Shown: positions 32,109-42,537 of the stretch, in pieces
Numbering within the stretch: position 1 is the first letter of the stretch
Layout of the letters: every line of letters begins with the position of its first letter
NCBI GenBank assembly: GCA_963726255.1
Contig: CAVSBL010000002.1
Span: 768,001 to 832,000 of the forward strand
DNA from: Candidatus Bathyarchaeota archaeon
GTDB taxonomy: Archaea; Thermoproteota; Bathyarchaeia; 40CM-2-53-6
Direction: 5' to 3'
DNA length: 64,000 nucleotides
Position numbers and translations under genes: made by a program
Notes under the pieces: generated by a model
Told to the model about the DNA's origin: nothing
The model's input: only the letters and a program-made list of their open reading frames with translations
Database searches by the model: none

Positions 32109-33061
32109 ATTACAACTGCCCGTCTGACGCTCGTAGGATTGGGTGGCTTCGGAGCAAATCACCTTCGAGTTCTCAGGCAATTATCAAAACAACAAACCTG
32201 CAATCTAACGGGAGTCGTAGATGTCAGGCATGAGCAACTAACAAGCGAGTCGGTCGCGGGATTACATGTAGGAACTGATTTGAACGCCTTTCTTGACGAT
32301 TGCGACGCAGTTGACGTTGTGACACCAACTGATACGCATTATGAGATTGTGCAAAGATGTCTGAATGCCGGAAAAGATGTTTTTGTGGAGAAACCGTTGG
32401 CGTTGCGGTCAGATGAAGCCAATAAACTCGTGGCACTGGCACAAGAGAATGGTAGGATATTGGCCGTTGGCCACATACTCAGGTACCATCCAGGTATATC
32501 GCAGGTCAGGTCTACGATTAGTCGCGGTACCCTCGGCGCGCTCAAATTGCTAGACGGACGGTATTTGGGGACGCGTGGCCCAAGAACTGATTCAGGAGTT
32601 CTCCTAAATCTTGCGATACACTTGGTCGATCTCTATAAGTTTCTCCTCGAGGAGGATCCTATGGAAATCTCTGCATACTGCCAAAGGCTGAGCAGCGAGA
32701 GTCGATTTGAAGATCACGCTGTTCTTGCTCTCAAATATCCGTCCGGATCCATAGGGCACATAACAGTCAGCTGGCTAAGCGCAGAAAAACGCGTGAGGTA
32801 CTCGTTGCGGGAGAAAATGGCGCTGTTTTTGTCGACCTTGCAAGAAACCAGCTGGTCATGTCGGAAAGGTCGGCTCCGCCAGGAGCACCCACGGCAGTCA
32901 CTGGTGCAGAGCCGCTCCTTGCTGAGCTAACCGATTTTGTCCATTGCCTCCGAACAAGAGCGAGGCCTCTGAGCGATGGGATTAGCGCCGTAGGCGCAAT
33001 TAGAATACTTGAGGGGGCGTTCGAGGCAAGCAAGTTAGGGAGGCCGGTAACCTTTGATTAG
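32109..33061 (+). pseudogene. Gfo/Idh/MocA oxidoreductase (WbpB-like 3-dehydrogenase), frameshifted; probable ATT start
   Basis: LVGLGGFG, VTPTDTH, VEKPLA, VGHILRY, AIHLVD; the A5 run at 32785-32789 needs A6 to read AEKTREVLVAGENG...EPLLAELTDF to 33061. Confidence 0.85.
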
Positions 33062-33728
33062 CCGAACGGCCAGAATTGGCAGAAATGTCCATCTTGGCAA
33101 AGATGCAACGGTGGAGGACTTCGTTGTGCTCGGCAAATCCTCCTTCGCTACTGGGCAAAGGGCAAAACCGCTCAAGATAGGAATCGATGCTCATTTGAGA
33201 TGTGGAACAATCATATACGCAGGAACTGTAATTGGAAATCACTTCGTTACCGGCGATTATGCGAAGATACGGGAGAACAATCGCATCGGGAATCAGGTGA
33301 GTGTTGGATCAAACACGATCATCGAACGTGATTCAATAATAGGTAATGATGTTAGCATTCATTCGAACTGTTTCATACCGGAATACACTACTATCGAAGA
33401 ATCAGCTTGGATAGGGCCTTGCGTTGTCATAACGAATGTCCTCCATCCACCCTGTCCGTATTTCAAGAAAGACCTCGAAGAAAGGCCGCTATGCCTAAAG
33501 GGGCCTACCGTGAAACGGAAAGCCGTTATCGGGGCAGGGGCCATCATACTACCTGGGAGAGTAATTGGAGAGAGTTCACTCGTTGGAGCGGGCGCTCTCG
33601 TTAGTCGTGACGTGCCCGCGGAGTCCATAGTCACAGGTTCACCTGCGAGAGTCGTCGGGAAGACGAAAGACCTCGAATGCCTCCCAGGCTATTACGCACC
33701 GGGGGAGATTTACAGTTGGCGTCGTTGA
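33054..33728 (+). CDS. Hexapeptide-repeat N-acetyltransferase (WbpD-like)
   Basis: Left-handed beta-helix repeats, IGPCVVITN, VGAGALVSRDVP, GSPARV. Confidence 0.88.
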   Translation: MISRTARIGRNVHLGKDATVEDFVVLGKSSFATGQRAKPLKIGIDAHLRCGTIIYAGTVIGNHFVTGDYAKIRENNRIGNQVSVGSNTIIERDSIIGNDVSIHSNCFIPEYTTIEESAWIGPCVVITNVLHPPCPYFKKDLEERPLCLKGPTVKRKAVIGAGAIILPGRVIGESSLVGAGALVSRDVPAESIVTGSPARVVGKTKDLECLPGYYAPGEIYSWRR

Positions 33729-34822
33729 AGATACCTCTGGCCAAACCCTATGCTTCTGATGAATGTGTTGAAGCGATAGGACGCGTATTGAAAAGCGGCC
33801 AGTATATTCACGGCAATGAAACAAAGGAATTCGAGAACGACTTCGCAAGCTTCATAGGAACCAAGCACGCCGTCGCAACGAATTCTGGCACGGCAGCTCT
33901 TCATCTTGCATTGTTAAGCACTGGCGTCGGAGACGGAGACGAAGTCATTACAGTCTCCCATACTTTCATTGCTACGCTTGATAGCATTTGGTATGTGAGA
34001 GCTAGGCCGAGGCTCGCAGATATCGACGGCCGGCATTATGTCATGAATGTTGCTGAGGCCGAAGCACTGATAAACAGTAAGACCCGGGCAATACTGCCGG
34101 TTCATCTCTATGGCCACCCCGTCGATATGGACCCGCTTCGTAATTCGGCGCAGCAGCACGGACTCAAATTGATCGAAGACGCGGCTCAAGCTCACGGGAG
34201 CCGTTACAAGGGGAGAATGGCGGGGACTCTAGGTGACGTGGCGTGCTTCAGCTTTTACCCCTCCAAGAACCTAACGGTTTGCGGAGACGGTGGAATGCTA
34301 GTCACCAACAATGATGAAGTCGCTCAAAAAGCGAGAATACTGAGAGATCACGGCAGGACGCAGAAATATTACTCTGAGACTGTTGGGTACAACTACCGTC
34401 TTGGCGAAATCGCAAGCGCGATCGGGAGGGTAGGTCTCCGGCATTTGTCACGTTGGAATGACGAGCGGAGATCCATCGCCTCGCGATATGAGAAGCTCTT
34501 GGCCAATAATGATGAACTCGTAACGCCGGCCGAGGCAGAATGGGCCCATCACGTTTATCATGTCTATGCGATTCGTACCAAGCGTCGAGACAAGCTTGCT
34601 GAGTACCTTGCTGCAAATGGAATACAGACAGGAGTACATTATCCAGTACCATGTCACCTCCAGCCAGTTTTCAAACACCTCGAGAAAGGTAACCTCCATC
34701 TCAAAATCACTGAGAAAACTGCAGAAGAGATACTCTCTTTGCCCATTTTTCCCGGAATGATCACCGAAGAGGTCGAATATGTCGCGGCGAAAGTGAAAGA
34801 ATTTCATGAACAACAAGGCTAA
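33725..34822 (+). CDS. DegT/DnrJ/EryC1/StrS aminotransferase (WbpE-like)
   Basis: NSGTAALH, PVHLYG, EDAAQAHG, FSFYPSKNL, GDGGM; TTG at 33725 overlaps the upstream stop. Confidence 0.93.
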   Translation: MKIPLAKPYASDECVEAIGRVLKSGQYIHGNETKEFENDFASFIGTKHAVATNSGTAALHLALLSTGVGDGDEVITVSHTFIATLDSIWYVRARPRLADIDGRHYVMNVAEAEALINSKTRAILPVHLYGHPVDMDPLRNSAQQHGLKLIEDAAQAHGSRYKGRMAGTLGDVACFSFYPSKNLTVCGDGGMLVTNNDEVAQKARILRDHGRTQKYYSETVGYNYRLGEIASAIGRVGLRHLSRWNDERRSIASRYEKLLANNDELVTPAEAEWAHHVYHVYAIRTKRRDKLAEYLAANGIQTGVHYPVPCHLQPVFKHLEKGNLHLKITEKTAEEILSLPIFPGMITEEVEYVAAKVKEFHEQQG

Positions 34823-34885
34823 AGTCGCTGACTAACGGATTATATCGAGATCATTATTGGAATGCGTGTACTATCTCACGTTTAG

Positions 34886-36259
34886 ATGCAGACAGCTTGT
34901 GTTATCCGAATGAATACCACATCTACACCAAGGCACGTGATTTCCGTCTTTGGGCTCGGACGCGTCGGATTGGTCACGGCCGTCTGTTTCGCGCGGCGAG
35001 GCTACAAAGTGATCGGAATTGATCCTGACAATGATAAGCTCGATAAGATACGAAGCGGGGAGCCAACATTCTTTGAACCTGGTCTTCATGATTACACCAA
35101 GGCAGCGATTTCAAACGGACTGCTCACTGTAACCAATGATCCCTCTGCGAACACTGGATCTGACCTAAGCTATTTGACGGTTGGAACTCCCAGCAACCTC
35201 GACGGAAGCATCAACCTAGAATACCTAAAGAATGCGACTGCTAGTGTTGGAAAATCGATACGCAAATCACCAACGTATCAAACTATCGTGATCAAGAGCA
35301 CCGTCACACCCGGCACCGCGCGTAATGTAGTGAGACCAATTTTAGAAAGTGAGTCTGGTAAATCTGTGGGGCTAGAGTTCGGACTGTGTTCTAACCCCGA
35401 ATTTCTCAGAGAAGGCAGCGCAATTCACGACGCAGAGTTTCCGGACAGGATTGTAATCGGAGGCAACGACATGAAAAGTATAGACAACATGGAGATTTTC
35501 TACAAGGAGCTTCACGGCGAGCACACTCCAACTGTTATTCGAACATCACATGAAAATGCCGAACTCATAAAATACGCCAACAACGCCTTCCTGGCACTCA
35601 AGGTTAGTTTCATAAATAGCATTGCGAATATCACCGAACACGTTCCCGGTGCAGACGTTAAGACTATCGCGACTGGCATCGGTCTCGACAATCGTATTGG
35701 CCCTAAGTTCCTTAACGCAGGACTTGGCTGGGGCGGTTCTTGCCTGCCCAAGGACTTGAAGGAACTTTCGTCATATAGCAAAACGCTGAGTTACGATTTC
35801 ACCTTAATCGAAGCAGCCATCCGCGTGAATGATTACCAAAAGCAGAGAGCCGTCGAAATAGCCCAAATGAAACTGGGTTCCTTGATCAGCAAGAGAATAG
35901 CAATCCTCGGGTTGTCGTTCAAACCTGGAACGGACGACATGCGGGACGCAGTCTCGGTCCCCATAATAGAGGGTCTCTTGGCTAGAGGCGCCACCGTGGT
36001 AGCCTTCGATCCGGCCGCGGTCCGAAACGCTCGGGGTATCTTCGGCAATAAAATCGCGTACGCAACCAACCCAATGAACTGCATAAGCGGAGCGGATTGC
36101 GCTATCATCGTAACGGAATGGCCTGAATTTGACATATCCCCAAGCATGTTTCTCAAACTGATGCGATACCCAATGGTAATTGATGGACGGAGAGTCTATG
36201 AAGCTGAACTATTCATCCGTTCGGGAATACATTTTTCAGCGATCGGCTTGGGGACATAA
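34886..36259 (+). CDS. ugd: UDP-glucose/GDP-mannose dehydrogenase family protein
   Basis: GLGRVG, VGTP, KSTVTPG, NPEFLREG, KYANNAFLA, GGSCLPKD, FKPGTDDMR. Confidence 0.9.
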   Translation: MQTACVIRMNTTSTPRHVISVFGLGRVGLVTAVCFARRGYKVIGIDPDNDKLDKIRSGEPTFFEPGLHDYTKAAISNGLLTVTNDPSANTGSDLSYLTVGTPSNLDGSINLEYLKNATASVGKSIRKSPTYQTIVIKSTVTPGTARNVVRPILESESGKSVGLEFGLCSNPEFLREGSAIHDAEFPDRIVIGGNDMKSIDNMEIFYKELHGEHTPTVIRTSHENAELIKYANNAFLALKVSFINSIANITEHVPGADVKTIATGIGLDNRIGPKFLNAGLGWGGSCLPKDLKELSSYSKTLSYDFTLIEAAIRVNDYQKQRAVEIAQMKLGSLISKRIAILGLSFKPGTDDMRDAVSVPIIEGLLARGATVVAFDPAAVRNARGIFGNKIAYATNPMNCISGADCAIIVTEWPEFDISPSMFLKLMRYPMVIDGRRVYEAELFIRSGIHFSAIGLGT

Positions 36260-36704
36260 AGCGTTGCCTGAGATTCTCTCTATTGCGTCCGACTCAGAGT
36301 TCCGGATTCTGCCGCTGGTAGTTGTAAATCGCGTGGACCGGTGACCGAGAGTTAGACTCATCGCAAAGAGATTACGATGCTGAGTCTGGCTTAGTCTGGT
36401 TGGCTGAAGGGCGTCATACATATCGTTGGTACTTGGCCAAAGTAGATGCCAATCCCGCCGTATTCCAGACATGAATTATCATTTGATGATGCCCTCGACA
36501 TGACGGATCTGTTTTCACGGCAATGAGCTAAGACAAGGGAAGACGATGATGGCTCATAAAGACATTGAACCTCCCGAACGTCAGTGGCGAAGCATGGTCA
36601 AGAGGTTCGGGGACGCGCACGACATGAATAGAGTGTATAGGCTACAACCACGCACCTTATCATTTTGAGTCAATTGTGCGTAGATGAAGTGTGGTCCATA
36701 ATTT

Positions 36705-37807
36705 ATGACTAGGCTCATGGCAGTTATCGGCGCCCGTCCACAGTTTATCAAGTCTGCGCCCGTGATTGCAGAAGTATTGCGGCGCAAGCGCTTTGAACTC
36801 ATAATAATTCATAGTGGGCAACATTATGACCCAGACATGTCCAGCATCTTCTTCAAGGAACTCTCAATACCCACACCTATAGCGAATCTGCAATCTGGAT
36901 CGGGCAGCCACGCGGAACAGACAGCCACGATAATGAAACGTCTGGAGCGGCAGATAATCAAATCGAAACCCGACCTTGTCCTGGTTCCAGGCGACACAAA
37001 CACGACGCTGGCGGGAGCGCTTACGGCCGCCAAACTATGTGTGCCAGTTGCACACCTTGAAGCAGGGTTGCGGTCAGGGGATCTTACGATGCCCGAGGAA
37101 ATTAATCGTAGATTAACAGACCACTGCAGCAGTCTCCTCTTTGCCCCTACCCAAAGGGCGAAAAGAAACCTTACTCGAGAAGGTTTATCGGATTTGACTT
37201 ATCTAACTGGGGACACAATGGTCGATGCTCTGCGGGCAGTTTTTCCTACGGTGGAGAAACGGGAGGAGGCTGTGCTTGAGAAATTCGGTTTGGAACGAAA
37301 TCGCTAGCTTCTAGTTACGCTCCATCGTCCCTCAAATGTTGATGATCCCGAGAGGCTGAAACAGATTCGGCTTGCGTTGCAGAGGCTTGCGGGAAAGCTG
37401 CAGGTTGTGTTCCCAGTACACCCTCGGACTCGGTCTAGGCTCAACAAGCTGGGAGCCCGAACCCGCGATAGCTCTAAGCGGTATTCTATTTGCAGCCCCA
37501 AGGATACGTCGAGGCCTTGACGCTACTCAAGAATGCCTCCGCCCTATTAACCGACTCGGGAGGCATGCAGAAGGAATCTTTTCTACTTCACACTCCCTGC
37601 GTCACGCTGAGGTCGACGACAGAATGGCCTGAAACACTTGTTGGCCACGCCAATCAGTTGATAACGCAACCGCAAATGATACCTAAAGCGATTCGTGCGG
37701 TTGCCTTGGATCAAAAGCCCAGTAGCCGAATGGAGTTGTCGAAGAATCCGTTCGGAAACGGCTACGCCTCTGCCAAAATTGTAAGGATAATAGAGCAAAC
37801 AACCTAA
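36705..37807 (+). pseudogene. wecB: Non-hydrolysing UDP-GlcNAc 2-epimerase (WecB/WbpI), with an in-frame TAG and a frameshift
   Basis: GARPQFIK, GQHYD, GDTNTT, HLEAGLRS, PEEINR; TAG at 37305-37307 before LLVTLHRPSNVD, which continues in frame to FPVHPRT; TDSGGMQKE lies in another frame from ~37490. Confidence 0.92.
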
Positions 37808-37820
37808 GACGACATTACAA

Positions 37821-38936
37821 CTAGCTCGCTTGTGAGTAGGCTTCGAAGATTCTCTTCTCAAACCGTTCCCAACACAATTCCCGCCTGGCGTATCCTTGAA
37901 TATTGTTTCTAGAATCCTGAAGGTTGCTTACGTTGTTGGATAGCGACGTAAGTATTTGTCTTAGTTCCTCATAGTTGGAGAATGCATAGCCCATCCCACG
38001 GGAATAGTCGACTACTTGTTGAAGGCCACTAGGGAAAACTGGAATCAACCCGGCATGCATGTACTCGTAGGCTTTGTTTGGGCTGTAGAATTTGTGAAAC
38101 CAGTGCGGTTTCCAAGGTATCAATCCTATGTGGTGAAGTGTAAGTTCCCTCAACATTGCGAGGTGCTCCACGAAGCCCATCGACCGAACGTTTCGGCTGG
38201 AGATAGGCAGGGTTTCACCGATTACGAGAAGCTCGCCCAGGAGGTTGTTTGCGAAGAGGTCTAGAACTCCCCATGATTCACGTGTTTTCATCGGAGAACT
38301 AAAATCATTTCCTACGATTGCTGTCGAAAGAGGGGCTCCCTTGAGTCGGGGTGGTGGAATCGAGTTGATTTCGAGGGTGCTCGGCAGGTTTGGAACCACA
38401 AACACGTGACCGCCATTCTTCTCATGTGCTCGTGCCGTAGCGTCGCATACCGCGATTGTGGGCACGACAGGAACAATTTCTGATTCCCAACGGGTCCAGA
38501 GTCGCGCCGCGTAGAGTCTGGTTATGGACGCTCTCGCCTTCCGCGGATGTGCGAGGAAATCCCTAGGCCAGTTACCGAGTTCAGCCTTCATCCACATGGA
38601 CCAAAATTCGTGGTCGTCGTAAACCATGGGTACCCCGCTTTCCTCTGCAGCCTTTGCGGCTATCACGTTGTGTGCATGAATAAGGTCAGGTTTGACAATC
38701 CTTACAAAGTCGTTGAATCTACGCTGAACCAAGCGATACGCACGCCCCCAGTGCAGTCGGCTTCTTGCGTCCCAACCAACAGAACTCGTTTGTTCAAAGG
38801 GGTTGGAGCCCATGTGAAATGAATCGATTGTTCCTCCCGCAAAGTATACTGAATGACCCTCTCTCTTGGCGGACCAGGCTGCACGTTCGACGCGAGGGTC
38901 CGGCAGTGGATCGCTGGAAAAGTGCAGGATTCTCAA
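37821..38936 (-). CDS. GT4-like glycosyltransferase
   Basis: LPDPRVER, PDLIHAHN, DDHE, PNKAYEY; paralog of 29467-30558. Confidence 0.8.
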   Translation of the reverse strand: MRILHFSSDPLPDPRVERAAWSAKREGHSVYFAGGTIDSFHMGSNPFEQTSSVGWDARSRLHWGRAYRLVQRRFNDFVRIVKPDLIHAHNVIAAKAAEESGVPMVYDDHEFWSMWMKAELGNWPRDFLAHPRKARASITRLYAARLWTRWESEIVPVVPTIAVCDATARAHEKNGGHVFVVPNLPSTLEINSIPPPRLKGAPLSTAIVGNDFSSPMKTRESWGVLDLFANNLLGELLVIGETLPISSRNVRSMGFVEHLAMLRELTLHHIGLIPWKPHWFHKFYSPNKAYEYMHAGLIPVFPSGLQQVVDYSRGMGYAFSNYEELRQILTSLSNNVSNLQDSRNNIQGYARRELCWERFEKRIFEAYSQAS

Positions 38937-38978
38937 GGTTCACATCATTTGTTGAAAGCGTTGGGCGATCAGTACCTA

Positions 38979-40061
38979 TCACGTTAGGATGGATTCATAG
39001 GCACGTATAAGGACCGCACTGCAAGCCTCCCACGAGTACGCCTTGACCAACCTATGCCCATTAGCAGCCAAACGCCGGCGCAAGTTCGCATCTCCGATCA
39101 AACGCATAATCTTTCGCGCCAAGTCCTGAGGCCTGTTCGCGCCATAAACCAAACCATCTTTCCCATCACGAATTAGTTCAAGGTCCCCCTTAATGTCGCT
39201 GACCACGACAGGTTTGGCGCACGCAAGATACTCGAACAGCTTCACTGGGTAGGCATAGTCAGTGAAGATAGTCGGGAGCACGCAAGAGACACAGATGTCG
39301 GCCTCATTTATCACTCGTGGTACATTCTCAAAGGGAACCCAGCCTGCAAACTCCGCAGGGAGGTGGAGAGTCTCGTTTAGTGCCTTCAGTTCTGCAGCAT
39401 ATTCCCCGTCGCCGACTATGACAAATCTTGTGTGTGGCCTTCGATTGCGGACAAGCCTCGCAGCTTTGATGAAGACGTCAATTCCTTCGATGTAGGTAAG
39501 TGCCGCAACAATAAGCACCGTGAAGGCCCCTCTTCGCCCGGCATGTCGGGGTCGGAACTCGGCTAGGCTCACACCATTCGGAACAGAGAACAATTTACGC
39601 TTGAACCTTACCAGTTCACGCTCAAAAGCAGGCACGACGACGACTATGGCGTCGGCATTCCTGAACGCAAGGCTTTCCACTATCCTGGCCAAGAAACCCA
39701 ACCGTTTGTGGTGATGTTCAACGATAACGGAGAACGCTGCCTGTCTGTCGTAGACGAAACGAAAATGTCTGAACTTCTTCGCGAAAACGATGCCAAGTAC
39801 GGCCATGTCCGGTAGATTCACAAAATGAACCGCATCTGGAGGATCACGAAGAAGATAGAGGGTGAGAAAAAGCGTAAACAGGAGATAATGAAGGGATGGC
39901 GGTCGGCTGACTGAAACAATAGGGATACTCCGGTACTCGGGGAGGGTTTCCAACCCTCGTGGATAGGCGACACCGACAGAATATCCCCGGCTCTTCAAAG
40001 TCATCACTACCTTGTGAACACGTTCAATCCGCGCCGGTGCGTTATCCACGACTACGAGCAC
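38979..40061 (-). CDS. Glycosyltransferase family 4
   Basis: VPNGV, IVGDG, PVKLFEYLACAKPVVVSD. Confidence 0.88.
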   Translation of the reverse strand: MLVVVDNAPARIERVHKVVMTLKSRGYSVGVAYPRGLETLPEYRSIPIVSVSRPPSLHYLLFTLFLTLYLLRDPPDAVHFVNLPDMAVLGIVFAKKFRHFRFVYDRQAAFSVIVEHHHKRLGFLARIVESLAFRNADAIVVVVPAFERELVRFKRKLFSVPNGVSLAEFRPRHAGRRGAFTVLIVAALTYIEGIDVFIKAARLVRNRRPHTRFVIVGDGEYAAELKALNETLHLPAEFAGWVPFENVPRVINEADICVSCVLPTIFTDYAYPVKLFEYLACAKPVVVSDIKGDLELIRDGKDGLVYGANRPQDLARKIMRLIGDANLRRRLAANGHRLVKAYSWEACSAVLIRAYESILT

Positions 40062-40247
40062 TTTTCGCGGGTTATTTCCGCCATTGTAAGGCCGGTGGGG
40101 TCTCGTTGTCGTCGCTTACACTAACCTTCTGGCTCTTATCGACGAATTGTTTTCGTTGGCATATTTATCCTTGGACTCCTTCACAGGGGAGCTGCTCAAA
40201 ATCCTAGACTCCGCTTTGAGGCACATGCGGTGTCAGATGGGTTCATT

Positions 40248-41291
40248 CTAGTTCGCGAGCCGATACAGGAATCGCCCCATGTACTCGTGCTTCTTCGTCC
40301 TGAACCTGAAATTGTTTAGCGGACGCACCTCCCCACCGAACTGTGATTTGAACAGGTACAACCCATAAGCTGGGTCTGACTTATTCTCAGGCGCAGTCGC
40401 CTGTGTCATGTTGTATATTCTCAATTTTCTCTGAACTGCGAGTTCGATCGCCCTCCATTGAAGCAGGTTGTTGGCTCGGTGAATCCAGAACTTCTCATCG
40501 CTTGCGCCCTCGTAGTACCAAGCGACGCCGCCGAACTGGAGCATAATTATCGCGGCGATGTTCTGACCACCAATCCGCGCGACCAAAAAGGCCGCCATCC
40601 CAGATCTGACCATCAGTTCTTCGATTGCTTTGAAGAACAGCTTCGGGGTAACTCTCACGTTCAGTCTTTCCCTCGTTTGCAGGTAGAGGTTGTAGAAATC
40701 ATCGCAGCCACCCTCGAACACCTCCACCCCGTCGCGCTCAGCCTTGCGTACAGCAGATCGGCAGTCCTTATCCAAGCCGTTCCACAGGTCTTCCTTTGAG
40801 CGCCCTAGGTCGACCACAATCTCATGGTCAAGTGAAGTTTCGATAGGCGAAAAACCTGAATCAAGGAATGCGGGCGCGCCGAAGACATCGTTTGTGAGCT
40901 GGACCTCGGTAAGATCTCGCTTTCGGGCTTCTTCACGAACTGCACTCAAGATTGACCTTAGGCTACTTTCCCCAGTCGCCACCGGGCCCCAACTGATTAA
41001 CGCACGGTTCAAGCCTAATCCTGTAAGAATTGCGTTCGTTCTTCTTCGAATGAGTAAGGCGGCGGCAGCTAACTTTCCGTTCTCGTCCCTAACAGAGACT
41101 TGGTAGGGCTCTTGGGCAAGCGTCTTCACCACTTCTCCCCAAACCGATGTCTGGAATACACTCGGGTGGCTCGAGCCGGCGATGAATGAGTCCCAAGTCG
41201 CGTCGCTCACATCACAAGCCTCGGTTAGCAATTCACGCAGGCCGACGATTGAGCTGGTAACAGCTAAAATATCTTGTCGTACAACAACCAC
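40248..41291 (-). CDS. FemAB/FemX-like GNAT (peptidoglycan-bridge-type aminoacyltransferase fold)
   Basis: SVFQTSVW, GPV, VDL..S.EDLW, RSAVRKAERDGV, ANNLLQW..I, GLYLFKSQFGG. Confidence 0.85.
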   Translation of the reverse strand: MVVVRQDILAVTSSIVGLRELLTEACDVSDATWDSFIAGSSHPSVFQTSVWGEVVKTLAQEPYQVSVRDENGKLAAAALLIRRRTNAILTGLGLNRALISWGPVATGESSLRSILSAVREEARKRDLTEVQLTNDVFGAPAFLDSGFSPIETSLDHEIVVDLGRSKEDLWNGLDKDCRSAVRKAERDGVEVFEGGCDDFYNLYLQTRERLNVRVTPKLFFKAIEELMVRSGMAAFLVARIGGQNIAAIIMLQFGGVAWYYEGASDEKFWIHRANNLLQWRAIELAVQRKLRIYNMTQATAPENKSDPAYGLYLFKSQFGGEVRPLNNFRFRTKKHEYMGRFLYRLAN

Positions 41292-41301
41292 TCAGGTCGC
41301 A

Positions 41302-41793
41302 ATGCCGGACATCATGGTTCTCCACGATTTCGACAACCCATATCTCTCGGGTAGGTATGCGCTCAGAAGAGGTCTCAAGCTAATCGTCTACGCCCTTTCG
41401 AAGAAAGTCCCTCTACTTAGAGGATGGGTGAAGGAAATCTACGCAGAAACATACAGCAATTGTAAGACATTGGCCGCGCTAGACAAGTTGTTGGGGCTTG
41501 GCAGTAGGTTCGGGCTAAAGCCTGAAGTTCTGGAGGCATTTCCCGGATTAGATAAGGAACTAGAGGAAATGGGGTTTCACACCCATAGGCACACCCACAT
41601 CTCGCACGATGACGTGAAATGGGAACCTCAACTAGACGTTGAGAAAGACGCGTGGTTCTTCGACCAGACTTTCAACCGTAACCGCGAGATTCCAGAACAT
41701 TTGCGATGGGCTGTCTTTCACGCGGACTACCCCCACCTTTTGCCAACCTACATCGATTTTCTTTTGCAAGCTCGCGCAATCGGAAGGCTCTGA
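41302..41793 (+). CDS. Small protein resembling a minimal polysaccharide deacetylase (NodB-like)
   Basis: ATG at 41302; HDFD near the N-terminus, GFHTHRHTH, VFHAD; only 163 aa. Confidence 0.5.
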   Translation: MPDIMVLHDFDNPYLSGRYALRRGLKLIVYALSKKVPLLRGWVKEIYAETYSNCKTLAALDKLLGLGSRFGLKPEVLEAFPGLDKELEEMGFHTHRHTHISHDDVKWEPQLDVEKDAWFFDQTFNRNREIPEHLRWAVFHADYPHLLPTYIDFLLQARAIGRL

Positions 41794-41835
41794 AGAAGTA
41801 GCAAACACGACCTTCGGGCTTGGGCGGGAGACAGT

Positions 41836-42465
41836 TTGGCGCGCTACGGTTATGAGTATTGGGACAAACGTGCGTCCAAGCCCATCCCAGACATTGAAAC
41901 AGTAGGAATAATCGGCACTCAATTCTTGGACCATCTTCCTGAGTCCGCCGAGCGCACGCTCAAGTCTGACGGTTTGACACTCGACGCTGGGTGCGGCTAT
42001 GGGAGGCTTGCCGTCCCACTTGCCATTAGAGGTTTCACGGTAGTAGGTGTTGATGCTTCAAAACACATGCTTCGAAGATTCAAGTTGCACATATCAGAGA
42101 GGAATCTCGAAAATGTGCATTTGATTTGCTCGAGCATAACTCATCTGCCATTCAGAACTGCTACTTTCGCAACCGCCTATTGCGCAGGGACTGTGTTCTA
42201 CATCGATAGGAAGATGTGGCCGAACGTTTTCTCCGAGCTCAGGCGAGTGGCGAAGCATTCCTCGGTTCAGCTGAGGAACGTTTTGAGCCCATACAACCTG
42301 AGGCGCAAGCTGGTATTCCTCGTATTTGTCAAAATCCTACACGTAAGGGGAACGGATGAAATACCTGACGAACACTTGACTCTTCCAGATCGCCCTTCGC
42401 TGCACCCAATATATTACAGTACCCTCACCGGCCTGGATGATAATAGATCCAGAGAGGAACCATGA
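41836..42465 (+). CDS. Class I SAM-dependent methyltransferase
   Basis: YWDKRA, LDAGCGYGR, GVDAS..ML, LPF. Confidence 0.85.
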   Translation: MARYGYEYWDKRASKPIPDIETVGIIGTQFLDHLPESAERTLKSDGLTLDAGCGYGRLAVPLAIRGFTVVGVDASKHMLRRFKLHISERNLENVHLICSSITHLPFRTATFATAYCAGTVFYIDRKMWPNVFSELRRVAKHSSVQLRNVLSPYNLRRKLVFLVFVKILHVRGTDEIPDEHLTLPDRPSLHPIYYSTLTGLDDNRSREEP

Positions 42466-42537
42466 ATCCATTTGCATGCTGGGGTAGATCTAGGAAAGTT
42501 TTTTGCCACTCGGGGCGCGTAGTCTCGAGGGTTCGAT

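Noticed and set aside
36260-36704. Long intergenic gaps (also 18593-18949 and 30559-31080) as possible sRNA or C/D-box loci
   Set aside because: No convincing paired C/D boxes, stable structure or coding signal found by eye
37305-37307. In-frame TAG in wecB as possible pyrrolysine or stop-codon recoding
   Set aside because: The position fits a Tyr codon one base away, the gene has a further frameshift, and many genes here end normally in TAG
40061-40084. Out-of-frame ATG (MAEITRE) upstream of the GT4, suggesting another A-run frameshift
   Set aside because: The in-frame GTG gives a plausible full-length GT4, so a lesion is not required; unresolved without homologue alignment
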